Under the pieces are notes generated by a model. It did not search any database, was not told the DNA's origin, and saw nothing but the letters and a program-made list of their open reading frames with translations. Shown here piece after piece: positions 18,733 to 27,983 of a stretch of DNA of 32,000 bases; positions within the stretch are counted from its first letter, which is position 1; each line of letters begins with the position of its first letter. This stretch comes from Candidatus Thorarchaeota archaeon. GTDB lineage: Archaea > Asgardarchaeota > Heimdallarchaeia > Hodarchaeales > Hodarchaeaceae. The position numbers and the translations under genes are program-made. The stretch covers positions 180,001 through 212,000 of the forward strand of contig JBHLRO010000005.1 of the NCBI GenBank assembly GCA_048882505.1. Reading direction: 5' to 3'.

Positions 18733-20109
18733 TTACTCAATCAAGGCTATCTGAATATCCATTGTATTGGTTCCAGTCGGGCCAGTTTGTATTAGACATC
18801 CACCGATCCTTTGGAATAATGTTGTTGTATCATTTTGCGCTTGATAGCGAGAAATATTAATTCCTCTTTTAATACACGTTTTCATGCTAGATTGATCTAG
18901 AATGACGCCCGAAAACTTTGAATTCCCATCGATTCCGTCAGTTGCGCAAGATAAAAATGTAAAATTCAGATTTTTCGATAGAATTTCGTCCAAAAAAGAT
19001 GCTGCAAGCTCCTGATTCCTTCCTCCTATCCCTTTCCCTTTAACCGTGACTGTAGATTCGCCTCCGGAAACCGCAAGTATAGGTGGAGACGATGAACCAG
19101 CTATACCTTGATAAATCCGTGCTAAAAGTTTTCCGAGGTAACGAGCGTCGCCTTCAAGCTGATTGGTAAGAAAAATTGAATTGAATCCCAATTCAACCCC
19201 TTTTTCTTTCACAGCGTGACAAGCAATGTTACCCGATCCCAACAAGTAGTGTCGTGGACTTTTTCTGATCGTTGATCTCGATTCTGAATTATAACGAGGC
19301 TTGGAATCAGGAGATTCCTTCAAAACAGTTCTCACACTAGGGGGGAGGATTGTAGGATGTTCCCAAAAACCGTATCGATGAAGAATTTCAATGGCGTCCT
19401 TAGAGGAAGATACTGTTTTGAAAAAAGGTCCAGAAGCAATGGTTCCGAAGTCATCTCCAATAACGTCCGAAATTACAAGAATTATAGTGGTTGCTTTTGT
19501 CATCTCGGCCATTTTTCCGCCTTTTACGAGTGAAACCTCTTTTCTAATTGTGTTCATTTCATGAATGGACATTCCAGATTCGACTAAAATCGAATAAAGC
19601 TCTCTTAGGTCACCGATAGAAATCGGAGGTTTAGGAAGAACCAACATAGATGAGCCTCCTCCGGATATAAGCGATAAGATAACGTCCGAGTCAGGAACCG
19701 CCTCTAAAAGGTTTAATAGCTTCTTTGTAGCTCTCAAATTGGTTTCGGATGGTAAAGGGTGTGTAGTTGGGATACACTCGATCCCAGGCAAATTAAGGCG
19801 AGTTTCCAGTCCAAATGGAACCAAGACAATTCCTTCCATTGTTGATTCACCAAATATAGCTTCCAATCCCTCCGCCATCTTGCCTGATGCTTTTCCAAAA
19901 CCTAAAACCCAAATCCGCCTATCCTTGAGAGGAATTACATCATCGTGAATTTTTAATTCAGACCGGGAATTGTTTATTGAAACTGAACTTTTTACGAGAT
20001 AAAAGGGATCAATTGAATTCAAAGCTAATTCAAATAAACCCAGAATCGTCTCACGTCGCTTTTGATGCGAAATATTGTGAACATATTTAATTAGAGAAGT
20101 TTTATTCAT
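18733..20109 (-). CDS. Glycerate 2-kinase (type 2; DUF4147 + MOFRL)
   Basis: GFGKAS, THPLPS, LISGGGSS, SDVIGDD...IASGP, GGESTV, GGRNQE, TDGIDG and TGPTGTN. Start placed at ATG 20109, which overlaps the hyuB stop. Confidence 0.92.
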   Translation of the reverse strand: MNKTSLIKYVHNISHQKRRETILGLFELALNSIDPFYLVKSSVSINNSRSELKIHDDVIPLKDRRIWVLGFGKASGKMAEGLEAIFGESTMEGIVLVPFGLETRLNLPGIECIPTTHPLPSETNLRATKKLLNLLEAVPDSDVILSLISGGGSSMLVLPKPPISIGDLRELYSILVESGMSIHEMNTIRKEVSLVKGGKMAEMTKATTIILVISDVIGDDFGTIASGPFFKTVSSSKDAIEILHRYGFWEHPTILPPSVRTVLKESPDSKPRYNSESRSTIRKSPRHYLLGSGNIACHAVKEKGVELGFNSIFLTNQLEGDARYLGKLLARIYQGIAGSSSPPILAVSGGESTVTVKGKGIGGRNQELAASFLDEILSKNLNFTFLSCATDGIDGNSKFSGVILDQSSMKTCIKRGINISRYQAQNDTTTLFQRIGGCLIQTGPTGTNTMDIQIALIE

Positions 20110-21685
20110 TATTTGGGGGGCCATAGCCGCCTCCACCGGGGGTTTTGATGATTAAGGTTTCACCAGCATTGAAATTGAGTGTTGCTCGACCAGGAAGAAC
20201 AATTTCCTGCCCATCGATAGTTCGTTTAATATTTACTCCATTTTTTCCCCGTTCTCCCCCGTGTAGCCCATATGGAGCGAACTTACGGCGCTCTGTTTGA
20301 AGTGAGACAATACAATCTGTTAAACAGAGGATCTCTCGGATGATTCCCATCCCCCCGCACGTTTTTCCCGCTCCGCCCGATCCGTCTCTGAATCCATAGG
20401 ATAAAACGCGGAGGGGGAAAATCATTTCTAATGACTCGATAGGAGTATTCCGCGTATTTGTCATATGCGAATGAATTCCTGATTCCCCCGAGACAAGAGA
20501 TGCCGCACCCGTACCCCCACCCAGAGTTTCGTAATAAGCGAAGGGGGAACCGTCAGGTCGTTTTCCACCTATACTTATATTGTTCATGGTACCTTGGGAC
20601 GCCGCAGGAATTTTACCTTGAATTTTTGCAAGGGCTCCTAACAGGACATCCACTACTCTTTGTGAGGTTTCCACATTTCCCGATGATACCGCAGCTGGAA
20701 ACTTCGGATCTAACAAAGAGCCACTAGGAATTTGAATTACTAAATTCCGAAAAAACCCAGCATTTGTCATAATACTGGGATCCGTAAGACTCCGAAAGAC
20801 ATAGAAGACACAGGAATAGGTAACACTCTTTGGAGCATTGACATTCCCCTCCTGCTGGGCGTCTGTTCCCTGGAAGGATACGTACAGTTTTTCGCCACTC
20901 TTTGAAATCGAGACTCGGATCCTAATCGGTGTTTCTGTAATGCCGTTTGAATCCAAAAAATCCTCAAATGAAATTGGCTCGTTACCTATCTGAATCTTGG
21001 CGATCTGCTCATTAAATGCTTTTTCTGATAGATTTAACAATTCTTCACAGGCAGCATTTAGAGATTTCCATCCATATAAAGTTGTGAGTTCTTCTAATCG
21101 GTTTTTACCGCGTAAAAGTGCCGCCCTCTGCGCTCGGAAATCCCCTATTCTTTCATTTGGAACTCTTACATTTCCCAATATAAGTTTGAAAACTGATTCA
21201 TTTTCCTTGCCCCTCTCATATAGCTTCAATGGTGGGATTATTAAGCCCTCCTCGAACAATTCGTGCGACACTCCAGGCATGGAACCAGGTGTCGCTCCGC
21301 CAATATCTGCATGGTGAGCACGGTTTGCAACAAAGAAGATTATCCTATCTTTAAAGTAAACAGGCATAAAAAAGGTTACATCAGGTAGATGAGTACCACC
21401 GCGATATGGTGAATTGTATATGATAATATCTCCACGTTGAAATTCTTCAATGGAAAACTCCTCTAAGATTTCATGGGCGGCAGAAAACATTGCTCCTAAA
21501 TGGACCGGAATATGTTCTGCTTGGGCAATCATTTCACCTGTAGATAGGTAAATGCAACAAGAAAAATCCAGACGTTCTTTACAATTGGCACTAAAGGATG
21601 AACGTTGCAATACAATTCCCATTTCCTCAGCAATGTTTTCTAGCGCCTTTTGGATTATGCTAAGAGAAACTGGATCAATATTCAT
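20102..21685 (-). CDS. hyuB: Hydantoinase B / 5-oxoprolinase subunit
   Basis: SANCKERLDFSC, HIPVHLG, PYRGGTHLPD, HHADIGG, SQGTMNN, HSHMTNT and TPGGGGYG. Alternative TTG start at 21694 overlaps the hyuA stop. Confidence 0.93.
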   Translation of the reverse strand: MNIDPVSLSIIQKALENIAEEMGIVLQRSSFSANCKERLDFSCCIYLSTGEMIAQAEHIPVHLGAMFSAAHEILEEFSIEEFQRGDIIIYNSPYRGGTHLPDVTFFMPVYFKDRIIFFVANRAHHADIGGATPGSMPGVSHELFEEGLIIPPLKLYERGKENESVFKLILGNVRVPNERIGDFRAQRAALLRGKNRLEELTTLYGWKSLNAACEELLNLSEKAFNEQIAKIQIGNEPISFEDFLDSNGITETPIRIRVSISKSGEKLYVSFQGTDAQQEGNVNAPKSVTYSCVFYVFRSLTDPSIMTNAGFFRNLVIQIPSGSLLDPKFPAAVSSGNVETSQRVVDVLLGALAKIQGKIPAASQGTMNNISIGGKRPDGSPFAYYETLGGGTGAASLVSGESGIHSHMTNTRNTPIESLEMIFPLRVLSYGFRDGSGGAGKTCGGMGIIREILCLTDCIVSLQTERRKFAPYGLHGGERGKNGVNIKRTIDGQEIVLPGRATLNFNAGETLIIKTPGGGGYGPPNNE

Positions 21686-21690
21686 ACAGC

Positions 21691-23700
21691 TCAATTCCTT
21701 TTTAAGCGAGTTAGCACCATGTGGCCATCAGATTTCACAATAGCCTGCCATCCTAAATTAATTAGTATTGTCGTATCATCTTGTTCTATAATACAGGGTC
21801 CCTTCAAAATATTATTAGCCTTTAACCGTGATTTTTGATGTACATAGGAACTTTGCCATCTATTGTCCAAATAGACTGATCTTGAAAGAGGTTGGGTTTC
21901 TAGAGTCTGAGCATTACCAGATTCCAACCTTGGCATCCGAAACCTTGGCAAGGGAACCATTGCTGAAATTCTTAGGTTTACGATCTCTTTTGGATCATCA
22001 GGAGTAGCGTAACCATATGTTTTTTCATGGATCTTATCGAAAGCATCTGAAATTACCTCTATATGCCCATAATACGGAACAGACAATTCATAGGACTGAC
22101 CAACTAACCTAATTTCAAGATTTCGCGCAATAAGGACGTCTTTTTCCTCAAATCCGTCTTCGATACATAATTGAACACCCTGTTTTGCCAAGTCCGCAAA
22201 GGTGGCCTCAAGCTGCGAGGCCTTTAATTCACCAAGCAGTTTCAGATAGGATCTAGTCAAGTCATGCCTAATATCAGCTGTTAAAAGTCCGTAAGCAGAC
22301 CAAACCCCTGGAAATGGAGGAATAACAATTGATTTCATTGATAACCGCTCAGCCAAAGCGCAGGCAGCGAGGGGTCCTGCGCCTCCGAAGGCTATCAAAT
22401 CGAAGTTTCTACAATCAAGTCCCCGTTCTGTGGATACCTTTCTTAGAGCTAACTCGACGTTATTCTCAAATATCCTTATGATTGCACTAGCGCACTCCTC
22501 CATTGTAATATCCATCTCTACTGCAAGTTCTGTTATTGCTTTTCTGGCTAACTCTGGATAAATCCTAATTTTTCCCCCGCAGAATGACTCTTCATTTATT
22601 AAACCAAGAACAACGTACGCATCTGTTACCGTCGGATGAATTCCACCTTTATTATAGCAAACTGGCCCTGGGTCCGCGCCAGCACTTTCAGGACCCACGT
22701 TCAAGAGACCAAATCGGTATTTCGCAATGGAACCCCCGCCTGCTCCGATGGTTTGCACGTCAATGGTTGGAATCTTTAACGGAAATCCTTCAATTTCAGC
22801 TTCGGTCGTTATCGTCATTTTACCTTCGACAATGCTTGCAACATCAGTGCTCGTGCCCCCAATATCTAACGATAAAGCATGAGTTAGGTCGAGTTCTGTG
22901 CACGAAAATAAACCACCCAAAGCTCCTGCAGCTAAACCAGAAAGCACTGTATCAATTGAACGATCACTTGCGTTTTCTATTTTTGTAACACCTCCAGTAG
23001 AGAGAAGTACCAGGGGAGATATTTTAGAGGTATACTTTCTGACCTCTGTTAAAAAGGCAGAAAAGTATTTTTTCATTAGAGGCGCCACGTATGCATCTAT
23101 CACCGTTGCAGCCGTTCTGGCATACTCTCTGAATACTGGTAGTACGTGGCTGGATAAGGACACATTTATTGATGGGAAATTTCGATTCAATGATTTGGCA
23201 AGTTCTTTTTCATGAATTGGGTTAAAAAACGAGAATAATAGAACGATTGCTATGCTTTCTATCTCATACCTTTCCAGGAGACCCATAAGGTCATTAATGG
23301 TATTTGTGGAAAGCGGTCGTAGCACTTGACCATCAGGCCCAATGCGCTCATCTACTTCAAATCGAAGTTCTCTAGTAACTAGAGCTGGTGTTCGGGTCGG
23401 AAAAAGGGAATATATCTCTAATCTATTCTGTCTCCCAATTTCCAAAACATCTTTAAATCCCTTGGTAGTTATCAGGCAAGTTTTTGCCCCTTTTTGTTCA
23501 ATTATTGCGTTGTTCGCCAGAGTAGTTCCATGGACTAGTAAATCAAGGCCCTCGGTTCCCAACTGAGAAAGTCCATTTCCTATGGCATTAGAATGATCTT
23601 TGGGCGTTGTAGAGATTTTTATAACTTTAACGTTGGATTCTGTGTCAACTAATATTAGGTCAGTGAACGTTCCACCAATATCAATCCCAAGACACTTCAT
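21691..23700 (-). CDS. hyuA: Hydantoinase A / 5-oxoprolinase subunit (ATP-dependent)
   Basis: GIDIGGTFTD, HGTTLANNA, DIGGTSTD, GAGGGS, GPESAGADPGPVCY and FGGAGP. Confidence 0.94.
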   Translation of the reverse strand: MKCLGIDIGGTFTDLILVDTESNVKVIKISTTPKDHSNAIGNGLSQLGTEGLDLLVHGTTLANNAIIEQKGAKTCLITTKGFKDVLEIGRQNRLEIYSLFPTRTPALVTRELRFEVDERIGPDGQVLRPLSTNTINDLMGLLERYEIESIAIVLLFSFFNPIHEKELAKSLNRNFPSINVSLSSHVLPVFREYARTAATVIDAYVAPLMKKYFSAFLTEVRKYTSKISPLVLLSTGGVTKIENASDRSIDTVLSGLAAGALGGLFSCTELDLTHALSLDIGGTSTDVASIVEGKMTITTEAEIEGFPLKIPTIDVQTIGAGGGSIAKYRFGLLNVGPESAGADPGPVCYNKGGIHPTVTDAYVVLGLINEESFCGGKIRIYPELARKAITELAVEMDITMEECASAIIRIFENNVELALRKVSTERGLDCRNFDLIAFGGAGPLAACALAERLSMKSIVIPPFPGVWSAYGLLTADIRHDLTRSYLKLLGELKASQLEATFADLAKQGVQLCIEDGFEEKDVLIARNLEIRLVGQSYELSVPYYGHIEVISDAFDKIHEKTYGYATPDDPKEIVNLRISAMVPLPRFRMPRLESGNAQTLETQPLSRSVYLDNRWQSSYVHQKSRLKANNILKGPCIIEQDDTTILINLGWQAIVKSDGHMVLTRLKRN

Positions 23701-23754
23701 TCCGATCCGGAACCTTTAATATTTCTTTTTTCATTATTATATTCGCTAAACGCC

Positions 23755-23772
23755 ATATGCATCGATGCGTAT
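23755..23772. promoter_or_regulatory. Imperfect 18-bp palindrome upstream of the hyuA operon; candidate operator
   Basis: ATATGCATCGATGCGTAT: perfect 10-bp core GCATCGATGC with one flank mismatch, 55 nt upstream of the hyuA start. Confidence 0.25.
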
Positions 23773-24257
23773 CATGTTTTTTTATAATGATTCACACCGC
23801 TTTACTTGGATCAAGTTTGGAAGTCAAACTACTCATATATCTTGGAGAGAGTGATTCAAAATACATCTGCAATTTGACCCGTATCTAGCCTAAAATCGGT
23901 TCTGCCTTATCGAGACCAAAACCCATTTCAAATATGTACACTTCTACCCTCTGCAATTACAGGCACTGTTTCGGGCTCTTCTGGGATGTTTTTCCTGGTT
24001 TGAGATATAAACAATTTATATGCGAATTAGAATCGCAAGAGAACAACAATCAGTCCTGGCGTTGCTGAAAACGTAATACTTCCCATGCTAGAGGTTAATA
24101 TATCTTGGAAAAGGAACTCCTTTTGCTTTTCAGTTAATATCGAATATTTCTAATGCTGAACGCGATGAATTTGTGAAAAACAAGCCTAAGGGTTTAAAAA
24201 CCAAATATATCGATAACGAATCTAATATCGCTGTTTGTTTACAGGCGGTGACAAAGG

Positions 24258-24458
24258 CTGGCAAAAACTAGCGTTATCAGCATTCGTATATCAGACAAAA
24301 CAAAGAAGATGCTTGAAAAATACGCCCAAATCCTACAGCTGAAGGTATCTGTGCTTGCAGCAAAGATTTTAGAGGAAAAAACTGAGGATTGGAGTAAGGA
24401 GTACGCAGAGCGGATTTATTCAGAGCTGGGTTTATCAAAAGAATCGAATTCGACTTAA
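24258..24458 (+). CDS. Ribbon-helix-helix (CopG/MetJ-like) DNA-binding protein with CTG start
   Basis: Manual translation (M)AKTSVISIRISDKTKKMLEKYAQILQLKVSVLAAKILEEKTEDWSKEYAERIYSELGLSKESNST* (66 aa): beta-strand SVISIRIS followed by two helices. GGTGA lies 6 nt before the CTG, and an in-frame TGA at 24249 excludes earlier starts. Confidence 0.72.
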   Translation: MAKTSVISIRISDKTKKMLEKYAQILQLKVSVLAAKILEEKTEDWSKEYAERIYSELGLSKESNST

Positions 24459-24474
24459 CTTAGGTGATCGGGCC

Positions 24475-25254
24475 ATGGGATTCTATGAATTTCTAATCAT
24501 CTCGTTCCCCCTTCTAGTCCTCACAGGACTAGCATCGCTCAATTGGTATTTTTTTCTCAAAAACTATCTGCGTGAAGGAGAAGAAACTTTACTACATTCT
24601 GCCTTGGTTTTTATCCTTGTAACCGCGGCCTTCCTGATAATCGCCATTGCAGGCTTTTTGACCCCAACGGAGCCTATAATCTGGTTTATGGTGGCGCATT
24701 TTATTTCATGGTTAATCTTTCTAGAAATCGCCAATGCATACTTTTCTACGTTTATAAATCGTTCTAGATCCGTAGAAAGGTACGTGTTACCAGTCCTTGG
24801 AGCGGGAGCAGGTTTGGCTCTTTTTGGCGTATTTAATCCAGATTTTTATGTATTAGCGGGAGGAATAACAGCGATCGATACCATTGTATATGCAGTTGGA
24901 ATATTCTCCCTTCTTTTTGTCCTTTTAAATGCCTATAACCGGATAAGTTCCGCGCTTGGGCAGTATGAAGCGGATGAAGAACTTCTTCTGGTCTCTACTA
25001 CAAGGGAACTGCTGTACGGCGCCATAGCATTAACATATACATTCATATCCGTGGGGTCCTGGCTAATCTTTAAAACGCCTTCTCAAATCTCGTTAATTGT
25101 TTCAACCTGGGACCTTTATGATTGGTTCGTTTATCTAAATATCCCTATCTATTTTATCGTGTTCATCGGAGCATTAGTAAAGTTTTCCAAACTAAAATTC
25201 GAGAATATCAATATTGCTGACCTATTCAACATCCTAGATTCTCCACAGGATTAA
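24475..25254 (+). CDS. Stand-alone 7-transmembrane protein, unknown function
   Basis: Seven hydrophobic segments (about aa 7-28, 40-62, 68-90, 103-120, 132-153, 178-199, 217-237). AGGTGA RBS. Confidence 0.75.
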   Translation: MGFYEFLIISFPLLVLTGLASLNWYFFLKNYLREGEETLLHSALVFILVTAAFLIIAIAGFLTPTEPIIWFMVAHFISWLIFLEIANAYFSTFINRSRSVERYVLPVLGAGAGLALFGVFNPDFYVLAGGITAIDTIVYAVGIFSLLFVLLNAYNRISSALGQYEADEELLLVSTTRELLYGAIALTYTFISVGSWLIFKTPSQISLIVSTWDLYDWFVYLNIPIYFIVFIGALVKFSKLKFENINIADLFNILDSPQD

Positions 25255-25275
25255 TAATTTCTTTGAAACGGCAGA

Positions 25276-25911
25276 ATGAATTTGTTAATGGATTTCCAGA
25301 TACTCTGCATTGGTGATTCCCATACAGCTGGATTTCCAGAATATGATCCGTCCCATGGCGGCAATCCGGAGAGTACATATGAGTTCTGGCTCCATAATAG
25401 TCTGATCGTGAGATTTCCTGCACTCAGATTCAGTATTGAGAACCGGGGAATATGCGGCCTCCTTGCGTACCAGGTTTATCCTGTTTTAAAAGCCAGGTTA
25501 AAGCGAAATCGTCCAGATTTGGTGATCTTATGGGCAGGAGCCAATGATCTGGCCAGCATGATCGATACCAGGTCAATTTGGAACAGTCTCTGGGAAATCT
25601 TCGAGCTTTCGAAAGCGAATCAAGTCCCGTTTTGCATGGTTACTATACCACCTATGGCTTTCAAGGATCTTGTATCTCCCATAAAGCGGTTGAACCAGAA
25701 GATTATAGAAAATGCTGATGGGAATTACCTCTGTGCCGATATTTATTATCCTTTGGCAAGTAATGATCGACTGGATCATAAGTTTACCATAGGAGATGGT
25801 GTACATCTTTCTATCCAAGGTTATAGGTTGGTGGGTGGCATCATCTATAATGTCATAGAACAAAAAGTCTCAATGCTTGTAGGGGATGATGACTGGGCCT
25901 TTTCACCATAG
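25276..25911 (+). CDS. SGNH/GDSL hydrolase
   Basis: Blocks GDSHTAG, NRGICG, GANDL and DGVH. Confidence 0.92.
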   Translation: MNLLMDFQILCIGDSHTAGFPEYDPSHGGNPESTYEFWLHNSLIVRFPALRFSIENRGICGLLAYQVYPVLKARLKRNRPDLVILWAGANDLASMIDTRSIWNSLWEIFELSKANQVPFCMVTIPPMAFKDLVSPIKRLNQKIIENADGNYLCADIYYPLASNDRLDHKFTIGDGVHLSIQGYRLVGGIIYNVIEQKVSMLVGDDDWAFSP

Positions 25912-25981
25912 AGGAGCATGACTCAAAGGGATACAACAGAAATTCGATAATATCAGAATTATGATTCTACGGGTATAACAC

Positions 25982-26776
25982 CTACAATCGTTGAATGGTA
26001 TTCCCCGAAATGAAAATTTTTCCTTTTTCGGCTTCTCCCTTTATAACGTCTTCAACAAGTCCAAAATCCAGTCCCTTATTCTGAGCGAGCTTTTTTAGTT
26101 TATTAAGAGTTATTGGCGAACTTCCAATTGAATTTAAAAACTCTTGGGCACTTGTTTTACCGTCAAATACTGATTTCAGGGTGGATTCGATTTCTTTTAT
26201 CTGATCATCCGTGAGAATGGCTTTCTTCCTTGCTCCGTCCGCCATCTGCTTAAAATCCTCCACTGGATCTTCTGAGCTTGTTCGAAAGAAACAGTCCGTG
26301 TGATAAAGGTTCTTTCCTAAAATCTGTCGGCCGTCAGGTAACTGCACCTCTCCTTCTCGTCGTACAACACGTATTATTCCCTTTTCTATCTTGGATCTAC
26401 ATTCATGGCATTTTCCTCTTCCACTTTTGGATATCTCAAAATAGGGTGGACGAGGTTTTAACTGTCCCTGATCCTGATAAGTTGAAATATCTTCAAGGTC
26501 TACTAGGGCTTGCTTTTTATCTGCAGCACTTAACATTGACAAGGGGATTATTTGAGTTCTAAGTTCATCTAAGTATTTTCTCATTTGATCAGGTAAAAGA
26601 CACCTTGGATGATAATATTGATAAGTTTGTATTTCCTGGCCGTTTCCTCTAGAGAAAGTTGATGGAATTCCAATCCTTACTGCCCCTTTTTCTATTTTCT
26701 CTCTGCATCCTCTGCATCCCGCCCGACCAGATTTTGAATATTCAACTAATGGAGAGCGTCCCGTTTCATCAGGCAT
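25982..26776 (-). CDS. Tandem PARP-type zinc-finger protein with probable C-terminal winged helix
   Basis: VEYSKSGRAGCRGCREKIEKG...YHPRC (C-x2-C-x31-H-x2-C) and FEISKSGRGKCHECRSKIEKG...YHTDC (C-x2-C-x32-H-x2-C). Start placed at ATG 26776 after a purine-rich RBS. Confidence 0.85.
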   Translation of the reverse strand: MPDETGRSPLVEYSKSGRAGCRGCREKIEKGAVRIGIPSTFSRGNGQEIQTYQYYHPRCLLPDQMRKYLDELRTQIIPLSMLSAADKKQALVDLEDISTYQDQGQLKPRPPYFEISKSGRGKCHECRSKIEKGIIRVVRREGEVQLPDGRQILGKNLYHTDCFFRTSSEDPVEDFKQMADGARKKAILTDDQIKEIESTLKSVFDGKTSAQEFLNSIGSSPITLNKLKKLAQNKGLDFGLVEDVIKGEAEKGKIFISGNTIQRL

Positions 26777-26873
26777 ATCAATCCCCCTTCTCTTCTCAAA
26801 TATAAGGATTTTCAAGGAGCTAAAAAGAAAAATTTATTGAATCATGAGTTCGGGACTGAGCGATTTTTTTGTT

Positions 26874-27824
26874 TTAGGAAAGCAGAATTATTCGGGAGGT
26901 TTCGAGGTTGTTTTCTGTGTCTTCTGGCTTTTTAGGGAATAGTTGGATTGAGGAAATGAACTTTTCTAGGTTATTCGAGATAAATGTCAGCATTTCGGAC
27001 TTCAGCGTATCAAAAGTATGCATCTCTGGAATTTTATATGTAAAGAAGACAAAAATCTTATCAAAACATTTAAAATGCCATATTACGCTAGAAGATAGCT
27101 GTTTGGATCCAATTAGGGTTTCAGATTTAAACTTCGAGCCTACATACTGTCTTTTTATATAATGAGATATAGCGGTTAAAAGCGGATCAGCTATATCAAC
27201 TTCTGGCTTTTTTGAAGTTGAAAAAAGGAATTTACCTTCATCATTGTAAACCAAAATGAACGATACGACATCAGTAAGATCCCTCTTGATTCGATCCAAA
27301 ACTCGCCAATAGATCGCTACATCTTCGCTTAAAGGTGCTACGACGGTTTTCTCAAAATTAACCTCCAAATTACCGAAGAGAAGCTCTCGTACGTCGTCTT
27401 TTAGGGGAGAAATCTGCTTTAAGAGCGAAATCGGTAGCTGTTGAAAATCTGGGGAAGTTGAGAGGCTGATTAGCGATATTCCCTGTTTTGTCTTCGCATA
27501 ATCCAGGTACAAAGGTTCTTTATCCCTTTTATCACCCGCAACCTTAATGATTATGGGACTTACAATTTCCTTTAGCTGCATAATGGCTTCAATCAATCCC
27601 GACATCAGGAGGATGTTTTCATTGGATGATGAGATTTCTAAATCCAAATCCTCGATTCTACCATTCCACTCATTTATGTGAATACCTCGAGTAAATATTG
27701 GCAAGCCGCCCTCGTCGGAAAGAATGACCAAGATACTGTTTCCTCTTAAAGATGAGGAGGCACGAAGGATTTCCGCTTTTTCCTCGTGGAACCATTCTCC
27801 AATGGAAATAATCCTGTCTTCCAA
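26874..27824 (-). CDS. Protein with two tandem longin/roadblock-like domains
   Basis: Internal repeat ILVILSDEGGLPIFT...SGLIEAIMQL versus FILVYNDEGKFLFST...DPLLTAISHY, matching the beta-hairpin plus helix start of longin-like folds. GGAGG RBS before TTG. Confidence 0.6.
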   Translation of the reverse strand: MEDRIISIGEWFHEEKAEILRASSSLRGNSILVILSDEGGLPIFTRGIHINEWNGRIEDLDLEISSSNENILLMSGLIEAIMQLKEIVSPIIIKVAGDKRDKEPLYLDYAKTKQGISLISLSTSPDFQQLPISLLKQISPLKDDVRELLFGNLEVNFEKTVVAPLSEDVAIYWRVLDRIKRDLTDVVSFILVYNDEGKFLFSTSKKPEVDIADPLLTAISHYIKRQYVGSKFKSETLIGSKQLSSSVIWHFKCFDKIFVFFTYKIPEMHTFDTLKSEMLTFISNNLEKFISSIQLFPKKPEDTENNLETSRIILLS

Positions 27825-27983
27825 TTACCCTTCAACCTCCTTTCCATTTCGAGGCATTGTAAGGAGACTTAAGCTCTAATATTTTAAAAAATCTTCTAGA
27901 AAAAACGTTCTTGCTTCACTTAACACAGAAGTTCTCAGCGTCCGCAGCCTTGATCTTCCCAGAGCATTAGTTTTGCTCTTCTA

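Noticed and set aside
24475-25254. 7TM protein as a rhodopsin
   Set aside because: No retinal-binding Lys in the middle of helix 7 and no recognisable rhodopsin helix-3 motif.
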